A stretch of DNA of 62,877 nucleotides, counting the filler, from Octopus bimaculoides (Eukaryota), in assembly GCF_001194135.2 (NCBI RefSeq). It is 9 parts of 8 records of this genome, joined end to end, with 100 filler letters (N's around TTAATTAATTAA, not from the genome) between each part and the next. Parts side by side here need not be neighbours in the genome. Positions count along the whole stretch, not along the records: positions 9,528 to 31,736 come from NC_068990.1; positions 31,837 to 46,177 come from NC_068988.1; 7 more parts are not named here. One strand, 5' to 3'. A program made the translations under genes and the position numbers. This document shows, piece after piece, positions 21,952 to 33,989 of this stretch (position 1 is the first letter of the stretch; each line of letters begins with the position of its first letter). The notes beneath the pieces were generated by a model. The model was not told the DNA's origin, did not search any database, and worked only from the letters and a program-made list of their open reading frames with translations.

Positions 21952-22857
21952 GGAAAGTTCCGAGATGGGGAAGCAATTACTTCCTGGAAAGTACCGAGGA
22001 GGGACAAATTAATTCCTAGAAATTTCCGAGGATGGGGCTTCCTGGAAAGTTCCGGGGACTTCCTGGAGAGTTCAAAGGTTGAGCTACTTCCTGGGAAGTT
22101 CCGAAGATGGGAAACCCTGGAAACATCCGATGACTTCCTGGGAAATGCCGAGGATGGGGCTTCCTGGAAAGTTCCAAGGATGAGCTACTTCCTCGAAACT
22201 ACCAGGGTTGGGGCTTTCTGGAAAATTCCGGGGCTTTCCTGGAAAGTTCCAAGGATGAGCTACTTCCTCGAAACTACCAGGGTTGGGGCTTTCTGGAAAA
22301 TTCCGGGGATTTCCTGGAAAGTTCCGAGGATGAGATACTTTCTGGAATGTTCCAAGGATCAGCTAGTTCTTGGAAAGTTCCCAGGATGGAACTTCCTGGA
22401 AAGTTCCGATGAATTCCTGGGAAGTTTCAAGGATGAGCAACTTCCTGGAAAGTTCCGAGGATGAGACTTCCTGGAAAAACCCGGGGAATCCCCGGAAAGT
22501 TCCAAGGATGAGCTACTTCCTGGAAAGTTCCGATGGTGGATCTTTCCGGAAATTGCCGAGGAATTCCTGGAAAGTTCCAAGGATGAGCTGCTTCGTGGAA
22601 ATTTCCGATGAATTCCTGGAAAGTTCCAAGGTGAGCTGCTTCGTGGAATGTTCCGATGAATTCCTGGAAAGATCCAAGGATGAGCTATTTCCCTGAGAGT
22701 TCCGAGGATTGAACTTCCTGGTAAGTTCCGGGGAATCCTTGGAAAGTTGCAAGGATGAGCTACTTCCGGGAAAGTTCCGAGGGTGGAACTTCCTGGAAAG
22801 TGCCGAGGAATTCCTGGAAAGTTCCAAGGACGAGCTACGTCATGGAAAGTTCCGAGG
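21952..22857. repeat. Minisatellite of ~21-28-bp near-palindromic monomers (core cttcctggaaagttcc) with a 75-bp higher-order duplication
   Basis: Roughly 35-40 variant units by eye; 22161-22235 is repeated almost exactly at 22236-22310. Confidence 0.95.
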
Positions 22858-24732
22858 ATACATACATACATATGTACATACATAGATACATACATACATA
22901 TGTACATACAAACATACGTACATACATAGATATGTACATACATAGATACATACATATAAAAATACCCTGTTGATGTCGAAATTCCAATAGCCTTGGATCT
23001 AGGTTTCTCTATTGGCAAGAAATCTTGAAATAAATCTAAAAAATGATATGCGTACATATACACAAAATCATTATTTTCACTTTCGTATGATGGCATTGGA
23101 TATCCTTTTCAAAATGATTAGTGGAAAACCAGCTAGTGTTCCTGCACATACACACGTGACGACAGATTATGTGCACAAGCTGGAGTTTTGAATGTACCAT
23201 GACTGATGGTGTTGATGTGACCTACCATGCAGAAATCATAATGATTAATGAGTAATCACTATTTCCCTAATTTCAAGTCTCGTTCAAAAACTAAAATTTA
23301 TTTCTATATAAAAAATGAGATATATATGTGGCACGCATAACATAAAAAGACAATTACATGAATACAAGCTCAGAAAAGGTTATTGCTTATTAGTGTTAAG
23401 TGTTGGGTGCTGAATAAGGGATTTTGTCTTTGGACATCCAGTTATATTTTTTTCTGCTTTTAACTTAAGTAAGAATGATGACGGTAATGATGGTGGTGAT
23501 GATAGTGATGATGATGTTGATTGAGTAAATAGAATTACAATGTTATGGAGTTGAGTGAAATAGAACTACTGGTGACTTATGGCATCTGTAAACATTAGTC
23601 AACTAGCTGTCCCAACTTTGCACATAGCCTACGGCTATGTTTTAGCCAATTTTCAGGTAATAGCTTGGTCATATATATCATCAAATACAATATACATAAT
23701 GAAAAATAATTTAATTCCACTGGTGTATCCAGTAGAGTTAGTTAAAATATTTATAATATTTTTGCATCTATGTTATTGTTATATAATTCAACTGGATTCA
23801 ATCTATCAATCAGAAGCAAAACAAAATCTTGGGGCTTGAAATTCAGTAACACTTTCCTGCTTAAAATCTTAATATGTTATATAGTGTTTTCTGCTCCAGT
23901 ATCTGAAAACTGCACTTCAGTTACTATATTTTGCTTTTTTAAAGAGAGAAATTAAATAGAGCAGAAATTTACTCATTATGTTAAAAAGATTAAAAACATG
24001 CTATATAAAATTGTCACATATTTTAAGAATAAAATAAAACATGAAAACATTGCTTAACATGGAATGATAGGAAATTAAAAATATATGTACCAGATGACAT
24101 CAAGCATGTCCTAACATGCTCACCATGAATAGCAATGAAGTAGGATGAAATGAACTTTAAACAGTTATATGCAGCTGCAGTCATATTCATAGTTTTCACT
24201 TAAGTTCACACCTTTATTCCTAAGTTAAATTTCACTGATTGAGATCAGAAAGCAATTAGAATACCTAAGATTAAGTTATCACTAAAACTCATGCTCAGCT
24301 TTCATAATAAGCAGTTGCCATGTTGCTAAATGTATAAGACTTTGATTACATTAATACAAGCACAATGCTGTTCTTCAGAAATCAGAGATCTATAACCTGA
24401 AAGTGCAGTTATGTTTTAAAAGCTTTATTTAACATTTGCTTAACTCTTCTCTGCTTTTTCGTTTTCTGCTTTTATATATCACCTTCCTATTTTACATAAG
24501 AATATAAAATACATCAGAACCTTCTGGATTTGATGGGTTTTCATTTAAAATATCTATTCTGATGATTTCTCTCTTCAATTTTTATGACATTTTGTGGCAT
24601 ATTTTTTATTTCATACACCCTTCACTTGGTATTTTACAGCTCTATACCAAAAACTATAAAAAAAGAAAGCAAAAAAAAAAAAAAAATGAATTGAAACAAA
24701 GCAGGTTTATAATAAAAAAATTATAATCTATT

Positions 24733-24889
24733 TTACTTCTTAATTACAAGATGAATATCCATAAAAACAGTGGCTGGAGTAGCTGGCAATTGTGTATATT
24801 GGCAAAATTCATAGAGTAAAGTTTGTGGGTTTGTATGCAATTCATATATCTGTTCAAATGAATTAATTTCTCTCTCTGAGATGAAGGTT
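24733..24889 (-). other. Candidate exon of an unidentified minus-strand gene
   Basis: Acceptor ctgacattaccttacag|, then an open frame TFISEREINSFEQIYELHTNPQTLLYEFCQYTQLPATPATVFMDIHLVIKK* followed by T-rich sequence. No family recognised. Confidence 0.3.
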
Positions 24890-25048
24890 CTGTAAGGTAA
24901 TGTCAGATTCCTATTCTCTCCATGGCATATAAACTTACCTAAACACATGGACTTCATTGTCAAATATAATTATTCAAACTATAGTCTTATTAGATTAGAG
25001 AGAAAAAGAACAAAACACTTTTGAAAAAGCCAATATTAGTTAACTGCC

Positions 25049-25215
25049 AAGGTGGTGAAATGGCAGAATCGTTAGCATACCAGGCAAAATGCTTAGCAAC
25101 ATTTGTTTTTCATCCTTTCAGGGCCGATAAAATAAGTACCAGTTGAGCTCCAAGGCTGATGTAATTGACATAACCCCTCCCCCAAACTTGCTGGTCTTGT
25201 GCCACAATTTGAAAC
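25049..25215 (+). mobile_element. Internally deleted SINE family 4 copy
   Basis: ggtggtgaaatggcagaatcgttagc...catcctttcagggccgataaaataagtaccagttgag...ggtcttgtgccacaatttgaaac. Confidence 0.7.
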
Positions 25216-25740
25216 TAATATTAGTTAACATTACTTCCTAGTTTCAGTATCAATAACACTGTTGAATCTCAAATACAAGGAGAGCTTCAGACTTTGAAAG
25301 AGGTATTATATAGTCAAATACCAAAAATCTAGATAAAAAGTCAAATTGTATGCCTATAGGTATAGCAATTTATGTTCTATTTTTCATAAATTCCAAGTGC
25401 TTTTCTTTTCTATAACAATATTTATCTCTTAAATACTAAAAACAAAAGAATTTATTTTAAAACTTCCTCCATTAAATAATATAAATTTTTCTAAGTAGGT
25501 CTGCAATTTTATAATATTTGAGTGAATGAATTATCAGTCTCTGCTAGAATGTGTTAGCTAGTGTGCTATCTCTAGCATTATCTTTTAGTTTGGATAAAGC
25601 TCTAAACCAACTTGCCTAACTATTTGTGAAACTAGACATATACTATGATCAATTAAAATATCAAAATCAAATCCTTTCCATCATTAATAAAATACAATGA
25701 ACCATTTTACAGGTGGTTCTTAAATGTCTGCTAATGTATA

Positions 25741-26570
25741 CGAGGTGCGTTCAAAAAGTATTAATATTTTGGGCATAAAGAAAAAAATAATTTTGTGCAT
25801 TTCACAAATTTTATTTAATCACATTCAAAATATTCTCTTTAGGAGTCCACACAATTTCCCCAGCAGTTCTGTTACTTCTGGTAACACCTCTGGAATGCCT
25901 TCTCTGGAATATTATGAAGCTCCACTGTCACTTTTTTCATAATTTCCTCTTGTAACTCAAATCACTTCCCTTTCAGTATGGTTTTCACTTTGGGGAAGAA
26001 CCAGAAGTCACACAGTGCCTAATTGGGAGAGTGGGGAACCTGTTGAACAAGTGGTGTGTTGTTCTTGACCAGGAAAGTTGGATTACAGGGTGTATTCAAG
26101 AGGTATCTAACTTCCTTTTCTGCCAACACTCTCTGCATGTACAAATCGTCCATTAAAATGGAATGTACTGATCCTGTGTTTATTCCCACTTTCCTGGGTG
26201 GAGGGTCTGCCTGAGTGTACCACACTCTCCACTGAGGTGCAGCCATATTGAAGTCTTTGTACCACTCATTAGTCTGAGTTTTGCCCATATTATCATCACC
26301 AAAATCCTGTTGAATCTTCTGGATGGTTTGAACTTGAGTATCACCAAGTGTTTGACAAAACTTGAAGCAATATCTCTGCTCAATGCATTTGGTCTTCTTG
26401 CATGAAAACGAAAATCCAACAAGTGTACACTACATGTCTGTACTCAAAGTGTACCAACTGGGAACTGAGGCAGCCTACCAGCATTAACATTTTTTTGGAT
26501 GTGCAGGAAGAATGGCATCAACTCCCACCCAAAGGATTTTGCCCACGTGGTATTCTTTGAATGCACCTTG
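25741..26570 (-). mobile_element. Internally deleted mariner transposon
   Basis: TIRs cgaggtgcgttcaaaaagta / ctttgaatgcaccttg flanked by TA. Minus strand gives an HTH remnant, QVPHSPN-(L)ALCDFWFFPKVK (YSPDLAPCDF motif) and C-terminal REYFE; the catalytic core is deleted. Confidence 0.85.
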
Positions 26571-28089
26571 TATTATCACTCTTTGAATGCACCTTGTATT
26601 ATCACTCTTTGAATGCACCTTGTATTATCACAACTGTTTGAAATATATTGTTATTGAAGCTTGGGCCACAATATAACTTTCATAATATATTTTTATACAA
26701 TAACACAAAACTAAATTCAATGTAAACTACTCAGAATTGTTGATGTTGGGGGTACATCTGAGCTGTTTAATTTTACAAAAGTAATTATTGTATGAGTAAG
26801 AAAAAAAATGATATTTCACTGCTAAATATTTTTATGCATGATACCTATGATCTAATATTTCAAGTGTTTTTACTTCTCAAGTCACCTTATTTTGCATGCT
26901 GTTTACAAAAGGTTTGATATATAATTCAACAAAATTTAATCCTTAACTCTTTTATTGTCAGTTTTAAATTTATTCACCTTTATTTGGTATTCTTTATGGA
27001 TTAGAAATTCAATTTACTTTTCTTTCTGTACCTATTAAAAATAAAAGAAAATTGACTGCTTTTCAATATTTTCAAGGTAAAAAATTGTTAACTTAATGTG
27101 AATAAATTAGTTTATCAGAACTATATTTTCTACTATTTAAGTTGAGCACTTTTGTACATAGAATGCATACGAACTATAGGGAATATCATGAACCGACAAA
27201 AGAGTCTCAAGAAATAGCAGCTTAATCTATCTAAAATAACACTACCTACCTCCAAGAACACACTGAATAATGCAATGTAAATATTTACACTTATAGCATG
27301 GTCACAGCTTGAATGTCTTGTCTGTCTTTGCCATCAGAGATAATTTAGTACTAAATAACAGGAGTAGATATTAACTTTTAGATACTTGACCTTATACTTA
27401 ACCTTTTTCATAATTTATTTATGAGCAAATTACTCAGAAAGATATCTTTACTAATAGGCTACTAGATTTTCCTTATATGTGTTGAATTTAATTTAAGGAA
27501 GCTATATGTGTTAGATAAATATATTTCCAGAAACATAATACAATTAAAAATGATAATGTAATTTGTTGGATTAGAATTGCAAATAACAGATATCTAGCTG
27601 CAAAAAAATTACCAAAATTTGAGGTGTAGATTGTGTAAATGATACTGAGATAAACAGAGAAATTCTTATTTGGACAAGTCATTGTGAAGAATGATTTTAT
27701 TTATTTGATTCATCAATTAATTATCTTATAAAATTCTTTCTATGGTTTATGTCAAGACCTTATGTTCCAATGATACACATTTAAGAAAACCATAAAATGA
27801 AGTGTTTAGCCCTCTGAGAGTATCGCTCAGAATTTTACTCTTTTTATCTCATATTCTACTTGATCAAAGCTGACTGATACTAAAGAATATGAACAATAAC
27901 AACTAAAAATTTTGAGTTTATTGACTATATATCTTTTGAAGCAATGAAGCAAAGTTTGTATCTTCAGATTCAATTCATATCATCATCATCATCATTTAAC
28001 GTTCGCTTTCTATGCAAGCATGGGTTGGACGATTTGACACACACACACACACACACACACACTTACAACTATGTTTGCCCACTAATGCA

Positions 28090-28400
28090 AGACTCCTTTA
28101 GCTGACCCTCAATACTATTCCCTGCCCATAGATTAAGGGTCTTGTCTTGCAAGTTACTTGGTGATCTCACTGCTGCTGTCGACTTGTAAAAGTCATCCAG
28201 TATGCTCTGTAAAGTGGTTGGTCTTAGGAAGGGCATCTAGCCATAAAAATCATGTCAAAGAAGACAGTAGGATTTGGTGTAGTTTTCTAATTTGCCAGTT
28301 CCTATCATATCGTCCAACCCATGCCAGCATGAAGAACAGACGTTAAATGATGAGGATGATGATGATGATGATGATGGTGGTGGTGATGATGGTGATGATG
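28090..28400 (+). mobile_element. Degenerate element with the RTE-type 3' tail
   Basis: ttaggaagggcatctagcc..cgtccaacccatgccagcatgaagaacagacgttaaatgatgaggatgatg. A second, inverted tail end lies at ~27980-28035. Confidence 0.7.
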
Positions 28401-29808
28401 ATGATAATATACTCACACACACACGTACATGCAGAATTTTTATATTCATGTAAGCATAGACATGATTGAGTGGCTAATAGGCATGGGTGAGTGGGGTACG
28501 TGTGTGTGCACACATGTTTTTAGTTCAAATTAAAATCCAGATTTATTTATGCTGTTCCCCTTTTTTTTTATAAATCCATAACTTAGAAATTGACAAATAC
28601 AGTGGAATGAAATAATTACAAGTCTAAAGTAAGAACAAAGACTGAAATGGTCAGCTGAAATCTTCAATATTGTACCACAGTATGACTGCAAAGTGATCTG
28701 GAAAGGGCTTTGTAACAGCACCATGCTTTCCTGCTTCAGTGTTTCAGATATTGACAAAGACCTGTATGCTGCAGAATGAATGAAATTCCAGCTGTTAGAA
28801 CTCCAAGGATGGGAGGATCAAAAATGCAAATTGATTATATTCCAGTCAGTTCCTGGTTGACATTATCCACCTAAGCATTTGAGTCTATTGGAGGGGAGAG
28901 AATAGTAAGCAATTCAATTTGGACCATGCTTTGATTCAGAAGAGAAGAATAACTAAAACACAGCTCAGCCAAAATGTTATGATCTGTAATTTCTGATGGA
29001 TGATATAATATGAGAAACTTCTTCTGTGGAATTACAGTCACTTTGTACATCCCGTCACCCATCTCATCATTGATATTAATACTGAATGGACAATGATGAA
29101 AATGGCATCCAGACCACAGTGAAAGAAGACCTTGGTTTCAGTAATTGAAAATAGGACTGAATACCACAACATGCTACTAAAATACATTCAAGTGTTAAAG
29201 TCTCCTCAACAATCACTAATCATGAATATGTTAGCTGTATTTTATTCTGTGATAAACTGCTATTGATGCTACATAGGTGGATACATAGGCATTATAAATC
29301 AGCCAACAAGTTAACGTCAGAAAGACAAAAGCTTTAAAAGCTTTGTTTTTCTGTGTTCTTGACAACAAGAAAGTAACTACCTTGAATATTGGACTCACTG
29401 AAGAAGTGAATAATTTTTTATACCATAGGTTCTCCATTCTGTCAACCACTAAGTGTCATAACAAAAATCTCATCACATTACTTGTAGCTTAACCAGCTTT
29501 CATTCAGTTCTATAGTTGCCAATGCAACCAGTGTGATATTTATCTACAAATCAATATATATCAGTTGCTTGTATACTCATTCCTGCACTCTGGTTGGTCA
29601 GTGCCATAGAAACTTGCAAAGCAGAATATTTTGATTGCTGTTGCTTCAGATGCTTGCTCCAAATTTCACAGTTAAACCGAATGCTATGTTTCATTCTGAG
29701 TGCAACATCTGACCTATCGCTAAAGACATCTGGTCATATTGTTTGAGACAGTTTGGCTGCATCTGTTATTGATCAACTGTCGTTAATCTCAAATATTGCC
29801 AGCAACGG

Positions 29809-29908
29809 CTAAATCAAGACCTGGATTTTATCAGGTCCTACTTCAACTGAACCTAATATCTCTTGCAATGGAAGAGAGAATAACTGCTTTGCATCGAGTT
29901 GACAGTTA
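29809..29908 (-). other. Candidate coding exon (possibly terminal) of an unidentified minus-strand gene
   Basis: Acceptor tgcactgttttctag|; phase-2 frame NCQLDAKQLFSLPLQEILGSVEVGPDKIQVLI* with A/T-ending codon bias. Confidence 0.4.
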
Positions 29909-30449
29909 CTAGAAAACAGTGCACAGTAATTATCAAAGGTGAAACCTCAGATGAATATTTACTGTTACAAAACTATTTATCACCCCCCACCCCCACTTGT
30001 TTTTTGTCATTATGTTCTTTGTATTATGACTTATTGTGATTTTCCTAACATCAATATTATAGACCAACAATTAATTGGATTAATTGCTGAGGTTATTTCT
30101 TTCCATCTTAGATTGTTTACTCATAAAGAAAGAGAGATAATATAAAACTTAACTAAAAAGTATTCTTATACGTGTTTTAAGCCCTCATCATATTAAGCAC
30201 AAGCTTTTAAATTTGAAAAATATATGCATACCTGCAAAGATTTCCTGTACACATGAGGAACATGCTAATATTTAACATAAAGTGTAGCCTCTCTTGAATT
30301 CATGACTGCTGTACCATGTCATATTTCAAAGTTTATGCTTTTGTAATCCAAGAGCAGGAGACAGCTATGAACTACTTAATCAATAAAAGAGAGTATAAAG
30401 CCCTTAAAGCTCCAAGAGGCAATCCAAAATGTTGATTTGATTAAGTTAC

Positions 30450-30571
30450 ATTTCTGTGGAAGATATTATATGTGATTCGCAGTCGACCAAAAATCTCATC
30501 AAAATACAACGTCCCATTGCAGCAGGCTGTTGCGAAACCAATATGCAATGCCATCCATAGGAAAGACTGCC
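30450..30571 (-). other. Candidate 122-nt internal exon of an unidentified minus-strand gene
   Basis: Acceptor ctctttatatttatcttag|, donor aat|gtaact. Open in two frames and retains four CpGs within a CpG-poor domain. Confidence 0.45.
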
Positions 30572-31504
30572 CTAAGATAAATATAAAGAGTAACACTGCT
30601 ATTGAATATATGCATATATATCAGCACAAGGACTATTATTAATAGAACATTCCTATCAAAATTTCTGCGAACATTACAAATCAGAAATAATCATTGAAAC
30701 AGAAAAGAAAGATCTCATATAATCAGATATTCCAGGTACCTTCCAGATGTGAACATTTCTTCCAAAATTAGTTAAAAGGAAAAATTTATGGAGAAATCAT
30801 TTAAAAACTATAACTTTTCTACTAAGATTATAGATTCACATTTATACCAATAATTATTGCTACACTTGGCTACATTAGTAAACTTAATAATCTTGAAAAG
30901 CTAAGGTTGTCAGGTAAAAAAATGGAACACTTCACAAATTCTATTTGTAAGTAAAATTGTAAAAATATGCAAAACATTTCACCTAATAACACTTATCGTT
31001 TTGGTTATCCAAAATCCAGCTTGGCACTTTATTTCATTGTTAACAAGTTGTGGCACTGTCCTAAATCATTTCTAATATTCATTGATCTGTTTGTTGAGCC
31101 ACTAGGCTATAGGACATAAACACTGAGCACCATTTCACAAAAACTTTCTACATGAACATAGACAGGTAAACAGACACACGCAAACACACACGCACACGCA
31201 CATGCACACACACGAACATCCACACATGCACACACATATGCACATGTGCACGCACACACACACACACACGCACATGCATGCACACACACATGTAAATAGT
31301 AAGGGATTACCCGAAAACAATTACTGGTTTGCTCTCAGTTAGCTATTCAAAATAGGTTGTTCAACAGTTAACAAGTAAATTCAAGAAAGTTCTTATAAGA
31401 AATTAAAGATATATTCTGTTGGATAATTCTGAATACATTTCCTTAACCATATAGGTTTCCTGGAGTATATAATATAAACAATATTAATAACATTGTTAAC
31501 ATTA

Positions 31505-32176
31505 TCATCATCATCATCATCATCGTTTAACGTCCGCTTTCCATGCTAGCATGGGTTGGACGATTTGACTGAGGACTGGTGAAACCGGATGGCAACACCA
31601 GGCTCCAGTCTGATTTGGCAGAGTTTCTACAGCTGGATGCCCTTCCTAACGCCAACCACTCAGAGAGTGTAGTGGGTGCTTTTACGTGTCACCCGCACGA
31701 AAACGGCCACGCTCGAAATGGTGTCTTTTATGTGCCNNNNNNNNNNNNNNNNNNNNNNNNNNNNNNNNNNNNNNNNNNNNTTAATTAATTAANNNNNNNN
31801 NNNNNNNNNNNNNNNNNNNNNNNNNNNNNNNNNNNNGGTACAGAGGTTTATCCTTAGCTAGGTATTTCTCTTGCAACTGTCTCACTAGAAATAAGGCATC
31901 AGTAGTGCTTTTACCTGGCACGAACCCAAACTGCATCTCATCTAAATTGATTCGCTCCCTAATTAGTTGGGCTATGACCCTCTCTGTAACTTTCATAACC
32001 TGATCTAACAGCTTGATGCCTCTGTAATTATTTGTATCTAAAGCGTCCCCTTTACCTTTGTAGCAGTTGACTATGATGCTGCTACACCAGTCATAGGGTA
32101 TGACTCCTTCGTGTATCACCTGGTTCGTAATACGGGTGACTAGGCTATAGCCAACACTGCCAGATATTTTGATATA
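31505..32176 (-). mobile_element. 5'-truncated RTE-clade LINE (RT fragment and 3' tail either side of a gap)
   Basis: 31838-32165: IPYDWCSSIIVNCYKGKGDALDTNNYRGIKLL..MQFGFVPGKSTTDALFLVRQLQEKY. 31505-31735 is the (GAT)n tail in the same orientation. Confidence 0.85.
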
Positions 32177-33989
32177 TATATATATATATATATATATGAT
32201 GTAGAATGATGGCATCTTATTGTATTCTGATAGAACTGCTGATGTTTGTGAATTAGAAACTGTATCAAAACAACATAGTGGGCAGATGAAAGTGTGTGTA
32301 TGAACAGTTTATACTCTACCAAAAATACAAACATTTGGTTTGTTTTGTGTGTGTAAAAATTCTGCCTGAGTTACAAATGTAGTTCCTAATATTTATAAAT
32401 ATACTAGACACTGTGTTTATTAGCACTTACAAAAAACACTCTCAGTATAAGTGGCTTCACAAGTAACATGCAGTGCTCAATCTACAGTACTCCTAGCATG
32501 AAAATAAGCCGAGAAATACTTTGTGGTATAATCCAACCTTCTGTATAAATAGGCATACATATATTACTAGTGGTTTCTTTCATAAGATTTTTTCACTTTT
32601 TTTTTTAATAATGAGTATCATAAGATTTACGTATTGTATCACTAGAAAACATTTCAGCTACAATAAAATATAATTTCATACTTGCAACAGTATTAGCCCA
32701 AACAATTTCTTTCATAGTGGTAATAGCCTTTCAGATGCTAATTTATAATGTCCAGCACAGTTACAACAGTGGTCCCTGCAATTATATTGTTTTGACCAAG
32801 AATTACCTTAAAGTTGGTTTTTAATCAGCACACTCATATATTTAAGCAAATAGAAAAAGCAATTCTTGTAAGCCTTTCCAAGCATATTAGATTTTAAAAA
32901 CGAACAGGCTTGGTGGCATCAAAATCAAGTGAATTTTTTGTAGCTATGCATCCCAATGTTTCTATAGCAGATTTCGTTGAAATTTATTCATTGAGGTCTG
33001 CTTTTGTGAGAATTTATTTATATTATATTTAGAAACAAGTAAAAGTGGATTACACAAACATGTAAAGATATCATGCCACTGCAGAGAATTTTTGAAGTAT
33101 TTACTTAACACTTATGTATATCCAAGTAGCAATTTCCAGTAACAGTACATACTATAAATGGCTGAAAATTCAGAAATCTGAGAATAAGATGATATTTTTC
33201 ACTTCCAGTTTTAAATATTTTTAAATACATTTCAATGCCCCAAGCTATTTCCATGGCAGCATTACAATTTTTATTCACACAAATGTCAAAATTTTGCATT
33301 TTTGCACAAATATGTGTTTTGTTTTGTTCTTTTTGTTTGTTATTGTGTGTGTAATTTATTCTTTTATTTTCAACTCAAGGTGACAACACCCATCTGAATT
33401 TTTCAAATAATATTATTATTCAATAAGGTAGCCTCATAGCATGCCATCTAACCAGTGTTTGCTATGATATTCATAAAATTTTACTATTTGCTTATTATAA
33501 ACCAAGTCTTATGTTTCACTTTTTCATAAATTGTCTGAATATTGAAAATGAAAAAAACTTGGGAGTAAAATTTGTGAAGTTTCAGCATTTGAAATATTCT
33601 GTCACTCTGTTTTCGTTATTTAGCACTCTCTGTCTTTTAATGTTATGTACATGAGATCAGCCTTTTGCTAAAACTAATCCAGTCAGAACACCCTTTATCA
33701 ATTAAAGTGTCACCAACTAGATACTCAATAACTCAAATACGCAATAACATTGGAGGTGCCTTAGCAAGGCCTTGTCTCTGACAGTCAAAGGGAATTGGTG
33801 ATCTAAAGTAGATGTCTATGTCTCTGTATGTATGTATATATATAAATATATATATGTGTGTGTATGTATATGCATGTGTGTGTGTATAGTACACACACAC
33901 ACACTTATGTAGCTGAGTGGTGCAAAAATCCATGGAAGTTTTTTAATCATTAATTTTAAACACTATATGTGAACTTTGAATAAACTTTG

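Noticed and set aside
21952-22857. CRISPR-like array or coding ORFs in the minisatellite
   Set aside because: There are no unique spacers and no cas genes, the context is eukaryotic, and the ORFs merely reflect a stop-poor repeat.
29231-29449. Resemblance to an ionotropic receptor transmembrane segment (WLIYNAYVSTYVASIA)
   Set aside because: No SYTANLAAF motif and no flanking ligand-binding domain in frame; probably a chance hydrophobic ORF in AT-rich DNA.
32420-33310. Fragmentary coding-like frames on both strands
   Set aside because: Stops in every frame and no diagnostic motif; cannot be assigned to a gene or a transposon.
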